Source of the DNA: Clostridiaceae bacterium
Lineage (GTDB): Bacteria; Bacillota; Clostridia; Oscillospirales; Acutalibacteraceae
Direction of reading: 5' to 3'
Length of the DNA: 64,000 bases
Assembly: GCA_016288315.1 (NCBI GenBank)
Contig: JAEEYU010000069.1
Coordinates: forward strand, 14,375 to 78,374
Below the pieces are notes generated by a model. That model did no database searches. It was not told where the DNA came from and worked only from the letters and a program-made list of their open reading frames with translations. Numbering within the stretch: the stretch's first letter is position 1; each line of letters opens with the position of its first letter. Below are positions 9,614 to 18,197 of this stretch, piece after piece. The position numbers and the translations under genes were made by a program.

Positions 9614-10498
9614 TTAAATGCCGTCGGACTGTTCAACCGCTTTTTTGAAATCATCTGGGAATTCCGCCCTGAATTCAACCTTCTCATTTGTAACGGGATG
9701 GATAAAAGAACATTTTTCGCAGTGAAGGAGCTGATGACCGAACTGCGTCTTAAAATCGCCATACATATTGTCGCCGGCGAGCGGATGACCGATAAACGCA
9801 AAGTGGACTCTTATCTGATGTGTTCTGCCCGTTTCGAGGTTTATGCGCACAAGCGTTGAATTTTCAAAATGCTTAACCGCCCTCCAGTTGGTGACGGCCG
9901 GCTCAACACCTTTTTCATAAGAACAGGCGCGCAGGGTTTTCATAGGGTCGGGACGGTAAACCGGAACATCTATTCTTCCGCTCTCACCGGGATTGCCCTG
10001 AACCAGAGCGACATATTCCTTTTCGATTTTACCGTTGAGTTTTGAAGCGGCAAACTTGTTGAGTGCACACACGACAACACCCGAAGTGCCCTTGTCGAGC
10101 CTGCCGACCGCTCTGAACGAGCCGGCGCCGCCTTTTTCAAGCAGATAAGCGGCAACTGCATTTGCGAGAGTGTCGCCCTGGTGGTTGTGCGTGGGATGCA
10201 TGGCGGTAAACGGAGATTTGTTTATGACAAGAACGTCGCCGTCCTCATATATTATGTCAAGCGGGGCGCTCACCGGAACGGGAGCTTCGCCCTCGTCGGG
10301 AATATTGATTTCAAGCGTTGAGCCCGCTTTTAATTTATCTATTGTTCTTACCCGCTGCCCGTCGAGCAGTATTCCGTTTTCCGCCTTTTTGAGCTTACCG
10401 ACAAGGCGTGAGGACACTCCGCAGCGCGAGCGCAGAAAGGTTACGGTTTTTACGCCGTCATATTCGGGCGGAACGGTGAATTGAATTTTCCGCGTCAA
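9614..10498 (-). CDS. RluA-family pseudouridine synthase
   Basis: GRLDKGTSG (catalytic Asp), TGRTHQIRVH and GHPLAGD. Probable TTG start at 10498. Confidence 0.92.
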   Translation of the reverse strand: MTRKIQFTVPPEYDGVKTVTFLRSRCGVSSRLVGKLKKAENGILLDGQRVRTIDKLKAGSTLEINIPDEGEAPVPVSAPLDIIYEDGDVLVINKSPFTAMHPTHNHQGDTLANAVAAYLLEKGGAGSFRAVGRLDKGTSGVVVCALNKFAASKLNGKIEKEYVALVQGNPGESGRIDVPVYRPDPMKTLRACSYEKGVEPAVTNWRAVKHFENSTLVRINLETGRTHQIRVHFAFIGHPLAGDNMYGDFKTQFGHQLLHCEKCSFIHPVTNEKVEFRAEFPDDFKKAVEQSDGI

Positions 10499-10502
10499 AC
10501 AA

Positions 10503-11285
10503 TCACTCTCCAAAAATCAGTTTTTCAACGGCGTAGGCAACCCCCGCCTCGTTGTTTGTAAGGGTGACAAAATCGGCAATTTCTTTTATGGCGTCGGGGG
10601 CGTTGCCCATTACAACTGCAGTTCCTGCAAACTCAAGCATATTGCGGTCGTTTTCGCTGTCGCCTATGGCTATTGTATGCGCCCTGTCAATTCCGTAATA
10701 ATCGAGCACCATCTGCATTCCGTTTGCCTTGCAGCAGCCGTCCGCGACGCAGTCGGCGTAGGTGTCAAGGCGGAAGACGTTGAGCTCATTTTCAAATGTT
10801 TTTTCAAAATCCGCGGGCAGTTTGGGCCCCGCGGCAACAACTTCGATTGCGCAGTCGGCATACTCTTTTTCATATCCGGCGGCTGAAAGAATCGGGATTT
10901 TGCCGGAATTGTCCTGCCTTGTTTTTCTGAAATCTTCAATATAAAAAAGCTTTTTTTCGCCCTCGAAAACGCACCAGATATCCGGGCGTTCAATGACGTA
11001 ATCTATTATTTTTTTAAGAGTTTCAAGCGGAATGGAACGTTTGAAAACATCCTTGCCGTCAAGAATTAAATGGCAGCCGTTGCCGCAGACAATGCCGTCG
11101 GCAAAAGAGAGTGCGTCAAAAAGGTCGTCGGAGATGTTGCCCCTTGAGCGACCTGTGTTTATGAATATTCTGTGCCCCTGCTTTTGTGCCTTTCTGAGAG
11201 TTTCGTAATTCCTTTCGGGAATTATGCCTCTTTTTGAGGTCAGGGTGCCGTCAATGTCGATAAAAACTGCGTATCTGTCTGCCAT
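10503..11285 (-). CDS. Cof-type HAD-IIB hydrolase
   Basis: DIDGTL, NTGR, GDSEND and VMGNA. Confidence 0.92.
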   Translation of the reverse strand: MADRYAVFIDIDGTLTSKRGIIPERNYETLRKAQKQGHRIFINTGRSRGNISDDLFDALSFADGIVCGNGCHLILDGKDVFKRSIPLETLKKIIDYVIERPDIWCVFEGEKKLFYIEDFRKTRQDNSGKIPILSAAGYEKEYADCAIEVVAAGPKLPADFEKTFENELNVFRLDTYADCVADGCCKANGMQMVLDYYGIDRAHTIAIGDSENDRNMLEFAGTAVVMGNAPDAIKEIADFVTLTNNEAGVAYAVEKLIFGE

Positions 11286-11417
11286 AACAACCTCTTTTTT
11301 ATCTGAGTTTATGCCGTTGATTTAATAATATACCAAACATATATTTATTTCAATATTACTTTTCTTTACATTTGAGGTGTTATGGTTTAAAATGACAGTG
11401 AAAGGCAAGTGATTGAA

Positions 11418-11981
11418 ATGATAAAAGTAAACAACGAGCTGTTTCACGGCGCTCCGGACGATGAAAGAATTGAAAAAGAGCGTATGACATACGAAGCGCT
11501 TGAAAAGCTCGGCATAGATTTTTACCGCGCCGACCACGAGGCGGCGGCAACAATTGAAGACTGCAAGGCCGTTGAAGAAGTGCTGGGCAGCGAAATCTGC
11601 AAAAATCTGCTTTTATGCAACAGGCAGGAAACTGTTTTTTACCTTTTGCTTATGCCGGGCAACAAGCCGTTCAAGACAAAGGATATTTCAAAGCAGATAA
11701 ACTCCGCACGTCTCTCGTTTGCAAGTGCGGAAAAGATGCTTGAGCTTGTCAACATCACGCCCGGCTCGCTGAGTGTTACGGGGCTGATTTTTGACAGGGA
11801 AAACAAGGTTAATCTCATAATTGACAATGATTTGTTAAATGACGAATATCTCTGCTGCCACCCGTGCATAAACACATCGACTTTAAAAATAAAGCTCAGC
11901 GATATAATTGAAAAATTTATACCTTCGACGGGGCATACTCCCGTTTATGTTGACCTGCCGAGATATGATACAGAGGAATAA
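11418..11981 (+). CDS. YbaK/ProX-family prolyl-tRNA editing protein
   Basis: CKNLLL, RLSFAS, PGSLS and HPCINT. Promoter TTTACA-17-TAAAAT at 11365-11393. Confidence 0.88.
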   Translation: MIKVNNELFHGAPDDERIEKERMTYEALEKLGIDFYRADHEAAATIEDCKAVEEVLGSEICKNLLLCNRQETVFYLLLMPGNKPFKTKDISKQINSARLSFASAEKMLELVNITPGSLSVTGLIFDRENKVNLIIDNDLLNDEYLCCHPCINTSTLKIKLSDIIEKFIPSTGHTPVYVDLPRYDTEE

Positions 11982-12030
11982 AACGAGCAAAAAATAGGAT
12001 TGACAAAAAGATTATATTGAAAAGCAAGCG

Positions 12031-12057
12031 ACCGCCGGCTGAAAACCAGCCGGCGGT
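12031..12057. terminator. Stem-loop terminator between convergent genes
   Basis: ACCGCCGGCTG / CAGCCGGCGGT. Confidence 0.65.
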
Positions 12058-12079
12058 ATATTTTCATATATGAGAAAGT

Positions 12080-12844
12080 TTATCTCTTTTTGTAAAGAAG
12101 GAGCTCGGAGTTTCTGCCTTGCGCCTCATAGGTGCAGACAAGAATAAAATCCATATTTGCGAGCACACCGAAGCAGCGTTCTCCTCCGAATTCCGGCTCA
12201 AGCTGAGTGCCTAAGTATGTTGTGCCGTCATCAAGAAATTTCACCTTCGTTCCGTTGGCAAGAGGATATTCGAGATTGACATAGGCGCCGACAAGTGCGT
12301 TAAGACTTCTGACCTCCGGCATTCCTTCAATGCCGAGAGAATTGATTTCATCAATGAGCTGTTTTTTGAACTCATCAAACTCGCCGTTGTCGCTCAGTTC
12401 ATCATATCTTTTCCAGTAGTCGAGGGTCGGGAGCATCTGCTTCATATATGAGCGCGCCTGCTCCTCGGTAAAGTTTTCGCCCGCCATATTCTTTACGCAG
12501 ACTTCAATAAGGTCATCCATATTACTGTATGTATATGTTCCGTCGGCGAAGCACCATTTGCAGTAATCTTCATTGAGCGAGCCGTCTTTGTTGCGGCTTA
12601 TGATTTCATCCTCAAGCGGCATTCCGCAGCACTGGCACCTGAGATTCTGCGGCGAGCCGAGCAGGGTGTTTATTGAAACACCGAAAAGAGTTGAAAGAAG
12701 CTTCAGCGTTTCGGTGTTCGGCACGGTCTCGCCCGTTTCCCAGCGTGAGACCGCCTGACGGGTCACAAAAACTTTTTCGGCAAGGTCGTCCTGTGAAAGA
12801 CCGTTTTTTGTTCTGAGTTCGTATATCACATCTTTTGTATTCAT
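12080..12844 (-). CDS. XRE HTH + putative zinc ribbon + C-terminal domain regulator
   Basis: LSQDDLAEKVFVTRQAVSRWE; CQCCGMP...YCKWC. Confidence 0.85.
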   Translation of the reverse strand: MNTKDVIYELRTKNGLSQDDLAEKVFVTRQAVSRWETGETVPNTETLKLLSTLFGVSINTLLGSPQNLRCQCCGMPLEDEIISRNKDGSLNEDYCKWCFADGTYTYSNMDDLIEVCVKNMAGENFTEEQARSYMKQMLPTLDYWKRYDELSDNGEFDEFKKQLIDEINSLGIEGMPEVRSLNALVGAYVNLEYPLANGTKVKFLDDGTTYLGTQLEPEFGGERCFGVLANMDFILVCTYEAQGRNSELLLYKKR

Positions 12845-12861
12845 AAAAGCACCTCCGTGTA

Positions 12862-12910
12862 ATTAATATAACACAGAGGCGATGAATTCTCAAGCAACGC
12901 GCTGTTGCTT
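12862..12910 (-). promoter_or_regulatory. Promoter with an overlapping inverted-repeat operator
   Basis: Minus strand AAGCAAC-agcgc-GTTGCTT overlaps a TTGAGA -35 box, with an AT-rich -10 region about 17 bp downstream. Confidence 0.5.
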
Positions 12911-12912
12911 TT

Positions 12913-13353
12913 TCAGATTAAGCTCTTTTCCATACGGATGCAGTCGAAGGTGTCGCCGTGAATTACTTTTTCACCTGTAACGGTATAGCCCGCTTTTCTA
13001 TAAAAGCCGACGGCTACGTCGCGGCTCTCGACGACTGCGGTTTCAAAGCCGAGGTCTCGAAGCCAGCTTTCCGCCTCGCAGACGACCTGACTGCCGAGCC
13101 CTTTGCCGCGGTATTCGGGCAGAACGACCACCCTGCCTATCATAGCGGATTTTTCATCAATGCCGTAAATACGGCAGGTGGCTACGGGAAAGGAGTCATC
13201 GGTAATGACTATATATTTTGTGTCGGGAGTGTCGTGCCCGTCAAATTCGCGTCTGAGAGTGATGCCGTGCTGTTTTGCCATACCCTGAATGCGGACATAA
13301 TAAGCACCCGCCTGCTGCCAGGTCTCTGTTGCTCTGATAACTTCCGTTTTCAT
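12913..13353 (-). CDS. GNAT acetyltransferase (YjcF/ElaA-like)
   Basis: IGRVVVLPEYRGKGLG and GFYRKAGY. ATG 13353 after GGGAG. Confidence 0.88.
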   Translation of the reverse strand: MKTEVIRATETWQQAGAYYVRIQGMAKQHGITLRREFDGHDTPDTKYIVITDDSFPVATCRIYGIDEKSAMIGRVVVLPEYRGKGLGSQVVCEAESWLRDLGFETAVVESRDVAVGFYRKAGYTVTGEKVIHGDTFDCIRMEKSLI

Positions 13354-13357
13354 ATTA

Positions 13358-15070
13358 TTACTCCCTGAACTGTTCGCTGTAAAGCTCTTCATAAACGCCT
13401 TTTTGCGCCATAAGCTCGTCGTGTGTGCCCTGCTCTATTATTCTGCCGTTGTCAATAACCGCTATTTCATCGGCGTTTTTGATTGTTGAAAGGCGGTGCG
13501 CGACAACTATTGTTGTTCTGCCAACGCAAAGGTCGTCGAGCGCCTGCTGAATAAGAATCTCCGTTGTGTTGTCAAGGGCGCTGGTTGCTTCATCCAGTAT
13601 GAGAATCGGCGGATTTTTAAGAAATACCCTTGCAAGGCAGAGACGCTGTTTCTGACCGCCGGAAAGTCGTATTCCCCGCTCGCCGATTACTGTGTCATAA
13701 CCGTTTTCAAGAGTCATTACAAAATCGTGAATGTTCGCACGCTTTGCCGCTTCAACAACCTCTTCATCGCTTGCGTCAAGCTTACCGTAAAGTATGTTTT
13801 CACGCACGCTTGCGTTGAAAAGGTAGATATCCTGCTGAACAATGCCGATATTGCGTCGCAGGGATTCGAGCGTTATGTTCTCGATATTTTCGCCGTCTAT
13901 TAATATTTCACCCTCGCGGATGTTGTAAAAATGCGGAATGAGGTGGCAGATTGTTGTTTTGCCGCCTCCGCTCGGTCCGACAAGAGCAAAGGTTTTGCCC
14001 GCTCCGATTTTGAGACTTATGCCGTGAAGAACATCCTTCTCATCGCCGTAGCCGTATTCGACATTTCTGAATTCAATATCTCCGTTAAGCCGGTTAACCT
14101 CGTGTGCGCCTTCGCGACTGTATTCGGGCTCGGTATCCATAACCTCGCAGAAGCGTTCAAAGCCCGCTATTCCGTTCTGGAACTGCTCCATGAAACGGAT
14201 GAGAGTGTTTACGGGATTGAGAAAAATATTGATTGAGACAATGAAGGCGGAATAATCGGCAAAATCGATTTTTCCGTTATAGAGGAAGAGACCGCCCGCT
14301 ATCAGAACAACGACATTGAAAACATCCGTTACAAATGTTGAGGATGAATTGAAGGTTGCCATTGCCTTGTAGGCGAGTCTGTTGGCGCTTTTGAAAAGCC
14401 CGAGCCCGTCTGAAAACTTTTCTTTTTCTTTTTCGGCGTTTGTGAAGGATTTTGTGACGCGGACGCCGGAAATACTGCTTTCGAGTGCGGCATTGATTAC
14501 CGCCTCGGACTGATTTCTCTGCTTGAACGCCGTTCTCATTCGCTTGCGTGTAAATACGGAGACGCCGACAAGGAACGGAACGCAGGAGAAAACAATCAGA
14601 GTCAGCGGAACATTGATTGAAGAAAGGTAAACAAATGAGATTATTATCGAGACGGATGAAATGATTATATTTTCCGGACCGTGGTGAGCAAGCTCGACCA
14701 TATCAAAAAGATCTCTCGTCATTCTCGACATTATTTTGCCCGTTTCGTGCCCGTCAAAAAAGCTGAAAGGCAGTTTCTCAATATGGTTGAACATATCCGA
14801 GCGCATACGCATTTGCATTTCAACACCCATCATATGACCTTTGAACTGAATAAAATAGTTGAGTCCCATACGTATAAGGTAAAGGGCAAGCAGTGAGAGA
14901 CCGCCCGCAACAATAAGGCGGTATTCCCTGTTGGGTATGAGAGTGCCGAGCATTGTTCTTGTTATGACGGGGTAGAGCAGACCGATGAGCGCCACGGTGA
15001 GCGAAGCGAGCATATCGGCGGCGAAGAGTTTTTTATGCGGTTTATAGTAACTCAGAAATCTTTTTAACAT
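13358..15070 (-). CDS. ABC exporter (TMD+NBD fusion, MsbA/YwjA-like)
   Basis: GPSGGGKT, LSGGQKQR, ILDEATSALD and AHRLST. Likely start MLKRFL at 15070. Confidence 0.93.
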   Translation of the reverse strand: MLKRFLSYYKPHKKLFAADMLASLTVALIGLLYPVITRTMLGTLIPNREYRLIVAGGLSLLALYLIRMGLNYFIQFKGHMMGVEMQMRMRSDMFNHIEKLPFSFFDGHETGKIMSRMTRDLFDMVELAHHGPENIIISSVSIIISFVYLSSINVPLTLIVFSCVPFLVGVSVFTRKRMRTAFKQRNQSEAVINAALESSISGVRVTKSFTNAEKEKEKFSDGLGLFKSANRLAYKAMATFNSSSTFVTDVFNVVVLIAGGLFLYNGKIDFADYSAFIVSINIFLNPVNTLIRFMEQFQNGIAGFERFCEVMDTEPEYSREGAHEVNRLNGDIEFRNVEYGYGDEKDVLHGISLKIGAGKTFALVGPSGGGKTTICHLIPHFYNIREGEILIDGENIENITLESLRRNIGIVQQDIYLFNASVRENILYGKLDASDEEVVEAAKRANIHDFVMTLENGYDTVIGERGIRLSGGQKQRLCLARVFLKNPPILILDEATSALDNTTEILIQQALDDLCVGRTTIVVAHRLSTIKNADEIAVIDNGRIIEQGTHDELMAQKGVYEELYSEQFRE

Positions 15071-15147
15071 AGTTTTTTCCTTATTTGAATATTGCTTATA
15101 CAAAATTCTACAACATAAAAAATCAATATTCAAGAGCTGTTTTTAAC

Positions 15148-15176
15148 TTGACGTTGATTAAGGCAGAGATTATAAT
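15148..15176 (+). promoter_or_regulatory. sigmaA promoter
   Basis: TTGACG-17 bp-TATAAT. Confidence 0.7.
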
Positions 15177-15207
15177 CTATATATATCTATGAATTGAAGG
15201 CAGTTTT

Positions 15208-15999
15208 ATGTTCAACAACAATTTCCACACTCACACACGCTACTGCGACGGCAAAAACACTCCCGAAGAAATGGTGCAGTATGCCCTTGACCTCGGCTTT
15301 GAGTCTCTCGGTTTTTCGGGGCACGCATACACCGAAATCGACCTGAGCTACTGTATGACTCCCGAAAAAACAAGGCAGTATGTTGATGAGGTAAACGCTC
15401 TCAAAGAGAAATACGCAGACAGAATCAATATTTACTGCGGGGCCGAGCTTGATTATTACTCGCCCGACATCGGCATTGACTATGATTACACCATCGGCTC
15501 CGTTCACTATATTTATGCAGACGGCGAATATCCGCCCGTTGACAGCAGCGCAAAAATACAGCTTGAAACGGCGGAGAAGCATTTCGGCGGAGACTATATG
15601 AGCTATGCCGAAAAATACTTTGAAACGGTTTCGCTTGTTGCAGAAAAGCTGAAGCCCGATATAATCGGTCATTTTGATTTAATCTCCAAATTCAACGAAA
15701 ATGACTGTATGTTTGACTCGCAGAACCCGAGATATATAAAGGCGTGGCAGATGGCGGCACTCAGACTTATCGAAGCGGAAATTCCGTTTGAAATCAATAC
15801 GGGCGCAATAGCGAGAGGCGCTCGCAAAACACCTTACCCGTCGCTTCAGATTGCGCAGTTCATAAACGATAACGGCGGTTTTTTCATTGTGACCTCCGAC
15901 TGCCATAACGGCAAACACCTTGACTGCGCTTTCGATTATGTCAAAGAAAATTATTCCCGCTTCAATATTGTTGATTTTGAGCCGGGAAAAAATAAATAA
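15208..15999 (+). CDS. PHP-family histidinol-phosphatase (HisJ/HisK-like)
   Basis: HTHT, GSVH, GHFD, EINTG and SDCH. Confidence 0.85.
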   Translation: MFNNNFHTHTRYCDGKNTPEEMVQYALDLGFESLGFSGHAYTEIDLSYCMTPEKTRQYVDEVNALKEKYADRINIYCGAELDYYSPDIGIDYDYTIGSVHYIYADGEYPPVDSSAKIQLETAEKHFGGDYMSYAEKYFETVSLVAEKLKPDIIGHFDLISKFNENDCMFDSQNPRYIKAWQMAALRLIEAEIPFEINTGAIARGARKTPYPSLQIAQFINDNGGFFIVTSDCHNGKHLDCAFDYVKENYSRFNIVDFEPGKNK

Positions 16000-16015
16000 T
16001 GAAAGGATTAGTATT

Positions 16016-16387
16016 ATGAAGATTTACAGATGCTCACACTGCGGCAACATAATTGTTTATATGGAGAACAAAGGCGTTCCCGTAATGTGCTGCGGTCAGA
16101 AAATGGAAGAGCTTGTGCCCGGTTCGGTTGACGCCGCCGCCGAAAAGCACGTGCCTGTTGTTGAAATTGAAGGCAACATTGTAACGGTCAAGGTCGGCGA
16201 TGTTGCTCACCCGATGCTCCCCGAGCACCACATTGCATGGATTGTTATTGAAACAAAGAACGGTTTTCAGAAAAAGGAACTCGACCCGACCGGAGAGCCG
16301 TGCGCAAAATTTGCGCTTGAAGGCGATGAAGCTGTTGCCGCTTATGAATACTGCAACCTTCACGGACTCTGGAAAAAAGAGTTATAA
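16016..16387 (+). CDS. dfx: Desulfoferrodoxin (2Fe superoxide reductase)
   Basis: CSHC...CC, EKHVP, HPM..EHH and CNLHG. ATG 16016 after AAAGGA. Confidence 0.93.
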   Translation: MKIYRCSHCGNIIVYMENKGVPVMCCGQKMEELVPGSVDAAAEKHVPVVEIEGNIVTVKVGDVAHPMLPEHHIAWIVIETKNGFQKKELDPTGEPCAKFALEGDEAVAAYEYCNLHGLWKKEL

Positions 16388-16402
16388 TTTTCCCGCATAA
16401 CG

Positions 16403-16438
16403 AAACGGCTTGCCGGAAATTACCGGCAAGCCGTTTTT
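16403..16438. terminator. Rho-independent terminator
   Basis: AAACGGCTTGCCGG / CCGGCAAGCCGTTTTT. Confidence 0.8.
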
Positions 16439-16452
16439 ATTGATTTGAATAA

Positions 16453-17103
16453 TTATTGCATTAACAGCCGTCTGAGTTCATCCGGGGATGAAACTGTATA
16501 ATCCGCTCCGGCGTTTTCAAGCTCTTCCTTTGTGCCGTAGCCCCAGAGGACACCTGCGCTCGCTACACCAGCCGCTTTTGCGCCTGCGATGTCATAAAGG
16601 CGGTCGCCTACCATAATGGTTTTGCTCTTTTCGGCATTAAGCGCTTCAACAGCCCTGCAGATAAGCTGTGCCTTTGAGGTGTCTCCGTTTTTGTCGAGCG
16701 GAGCACTGACGTAATCGAAGAGAGAGTCGATGCCTGCGTGCGACAGAATCCGGTGAATGAACCTGTCGGGTTTTGCCGTGGCAACAGCGGTTCTGAAGCC
16801 GTTTGCCCGCAGTTCCTTTATGACATCTGTTATTCCGTCATAGAGGTCAAACTGCAGCAAACCTTGTGTTGAATATAACTCGCGGTATTTTTCAACGGCG
16901 GCGAGCGCCTCTTCTTCGGTTATTCCGAATACTCTTTTAAAGCTTGTGTGAAGCGGAGGACCTACGAAGGTGCGCAGAACATCATCACCGGGAACATCCC
17001 AGCCGAAAGCCCCTGCCGCATACCTTACGCAGTTGAAAATCCCCCTGCCGGTGTCGGCTGTTGTGCCGTCAAAATCAAATAAGACGGTGTTTAAATCAAT
17101 CAA
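16453..17103 (-). CDS. HAD-IA hydrolase (phosphoglycolate phosphatase/5'-nucleotidase-like)
   Basis: DFDGT, VGPP, ATAK, GDRLYD and WGYG. Confidence 0.88.
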   Translation of the reverse strand: MIDLNTVLFDFDGTTADTGRGIFNCVRYAAGAFGWDVPGDDVLRTFVGPPLHTSFKRVFGITEEEALAAVEKYRELYSTQGLLQFDLYDGITDVIKELRANGFRTAVATAKPDRFIHRILSHAGIDSLFDYVSAPLDKNGDTSKAQLICRAVEALNAEKSKTIMVGDRLYDIAGAKAAGVASAGVLWGYGTKEELENAGADYTVSSPDELRRLLMQ

Positions 17104-18011
17104 TATTTGAAATCTTTGAATGTAACTGTTGTGTTTGCTTTGCCTGTAGCAGACTTAACGGTAACGATTAAGTATTTAACGCTGGTAAGGTCAGCTGTGA
17201 AGTTGAATGTAATCTTGAGGTTTTCAAGATTGCCGCTTTCTGCGTCAACAACTGCTGTGATTTTTATGGAATTTGTTGAAACGCTGACTGCCTGAACGGA
17301 TGCTTCATCAAGACCGTTGAGTGCGTCGTAAACATTGCCTGCGCTCTTATAGTCAAATTCGCTCTTGTCGCCCGAGCCGACATAGAGACCTGTCCTGTTA
17401 ATTGCGGAGTTGTCTGATTTGCCTGAGCCGCTTGCGCTGCTGCTGCCGTTGTTGACGGTGATTTCGATTGTATATTTGCCGTCTTTTTCAGTGCAGGTTG
17501 CGCTGGAAACGTCGGATGCGGAAAGTGATGCCTTACCCATGTATTCAGCTTTGCCCTTGCTGTTGTTGTAGTTCTTTGTGCCTACTCCGAGGAAATCGTT
17601 GACTGCATCTTTAACTACCTGGAAGTCAAGGATTTTGCCGCCTTCAAGGCTGTTGATGTTGGTAACTCTTGTTTTGGAATATCCGGCTTTTTTGCTGATG
17701 GCGTTGTTTACGGCATCATTGTAAACCTTGAGGATTTCCTCTTTGCCTTCGGGAGCTTTCTTTGCTTCTGTGGTTTCTTCTGTTGTTGTTTCGGCTGTTG
17801 TCTCTTCGGTAACAGCTTCTGTTGATTCTTCTGCGGGTGCTTCTGTGGATTCTTCTGCGGGAGCTGAAACATCTTCGGATGTCTCTTCAACGGGTGCTTC
17901 TGTCATTGCGGTTGTTTCGGGTTCGGTTGTTTTGTTTCCGCATGATGCGAGGAAAACTACACAGCCGGCTGTGAGTGCGAGTGCGAGGATGATTGCGAGA
18001 ACTTTTTTCAT
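17100..18011 (-). CDS. Lipoprotein of unknown function with a Glu/Thr/Ala-rich linker
   Basis: Lipobox LASC; EESTEAPA repeats; SD AAAGGAG. Confidence 0.8.
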   Translation of the reverse strand: MKKVLAIILALALTAGCVVFLASCGNKTTEPETTAMTEAPVEETSEDVSAPAEESTEAPAEESTEAVTEETTAETTTEETTEAKKAPEGKEEILKVYNDAVNNAISKKAGYSKTRVTNINSLEGGKILDFQVVKDAVNDFLGVGTKNYNNSKGKAEYMGKASLSASDVSSATCTEKDGKYTIEITVNNGSSSASGSGKSDNSAINRTGLYVGSGDKSEFDYKSAGNVYDALNGLDEASVQAVSVSTNSIKITAVVDAESGNLENLKITFNFTADLTSVKYLIVTVKSATGKANTTVTFKDFKY

Positions 18012-18049
18012 TTTGTGCCTCTCCTTTGAAATTGATTTTCTTTTTTGTC

Positions 18050-18197
18050 GTAAACGCTGAGAAAAATACAGGTGTGCAGATTGGTAGGATTTTTTGCCGG
18101 ATGTAGCAAAAATGCGGGTAATTATTGCCGTGGTTTTTGCAGAACCCGGCGGAAAAGAACCGTCAAGATGCGTGCCTGTATGCTGCTCAGCGTTTAC
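18050..18197 (+). other. 148-nt imperfect fold-back hairpin (candidate structured RNA or ssDNA element)
   Basis: Perfect 12-bp termini GTAAACGCTGAG/CTCAGCGTTTAC and nested helices up to a 3-nt loop. About 10 G-U pairs on the + strand. Confidence 0.65.

Noticed and set aside
10493-10498. A fourth possible ACG start in the RluA gene (TTG ACG CGG AAA)
   Set aside because: The preceding in-frame TTG is well spaced from GGAG, so ACG is not required.
17760-17930. Repeats in the lipoprotein gene as a CRISPR or contingency locus
   Set aside because: In-frame 24-bp coding repeats of a flexible linker, with no spacers.
18050-18197. Calling the long hairpin 6S RNA or an integron attC site
   Set aside because: The would-be central bubble can itself pair, the element is short and no promoter is visible. 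It lacks RYYYAAC/GTTRRRY boxes with an unpaired spacer, there is one copy only and no integrase. Kept as unclassified.
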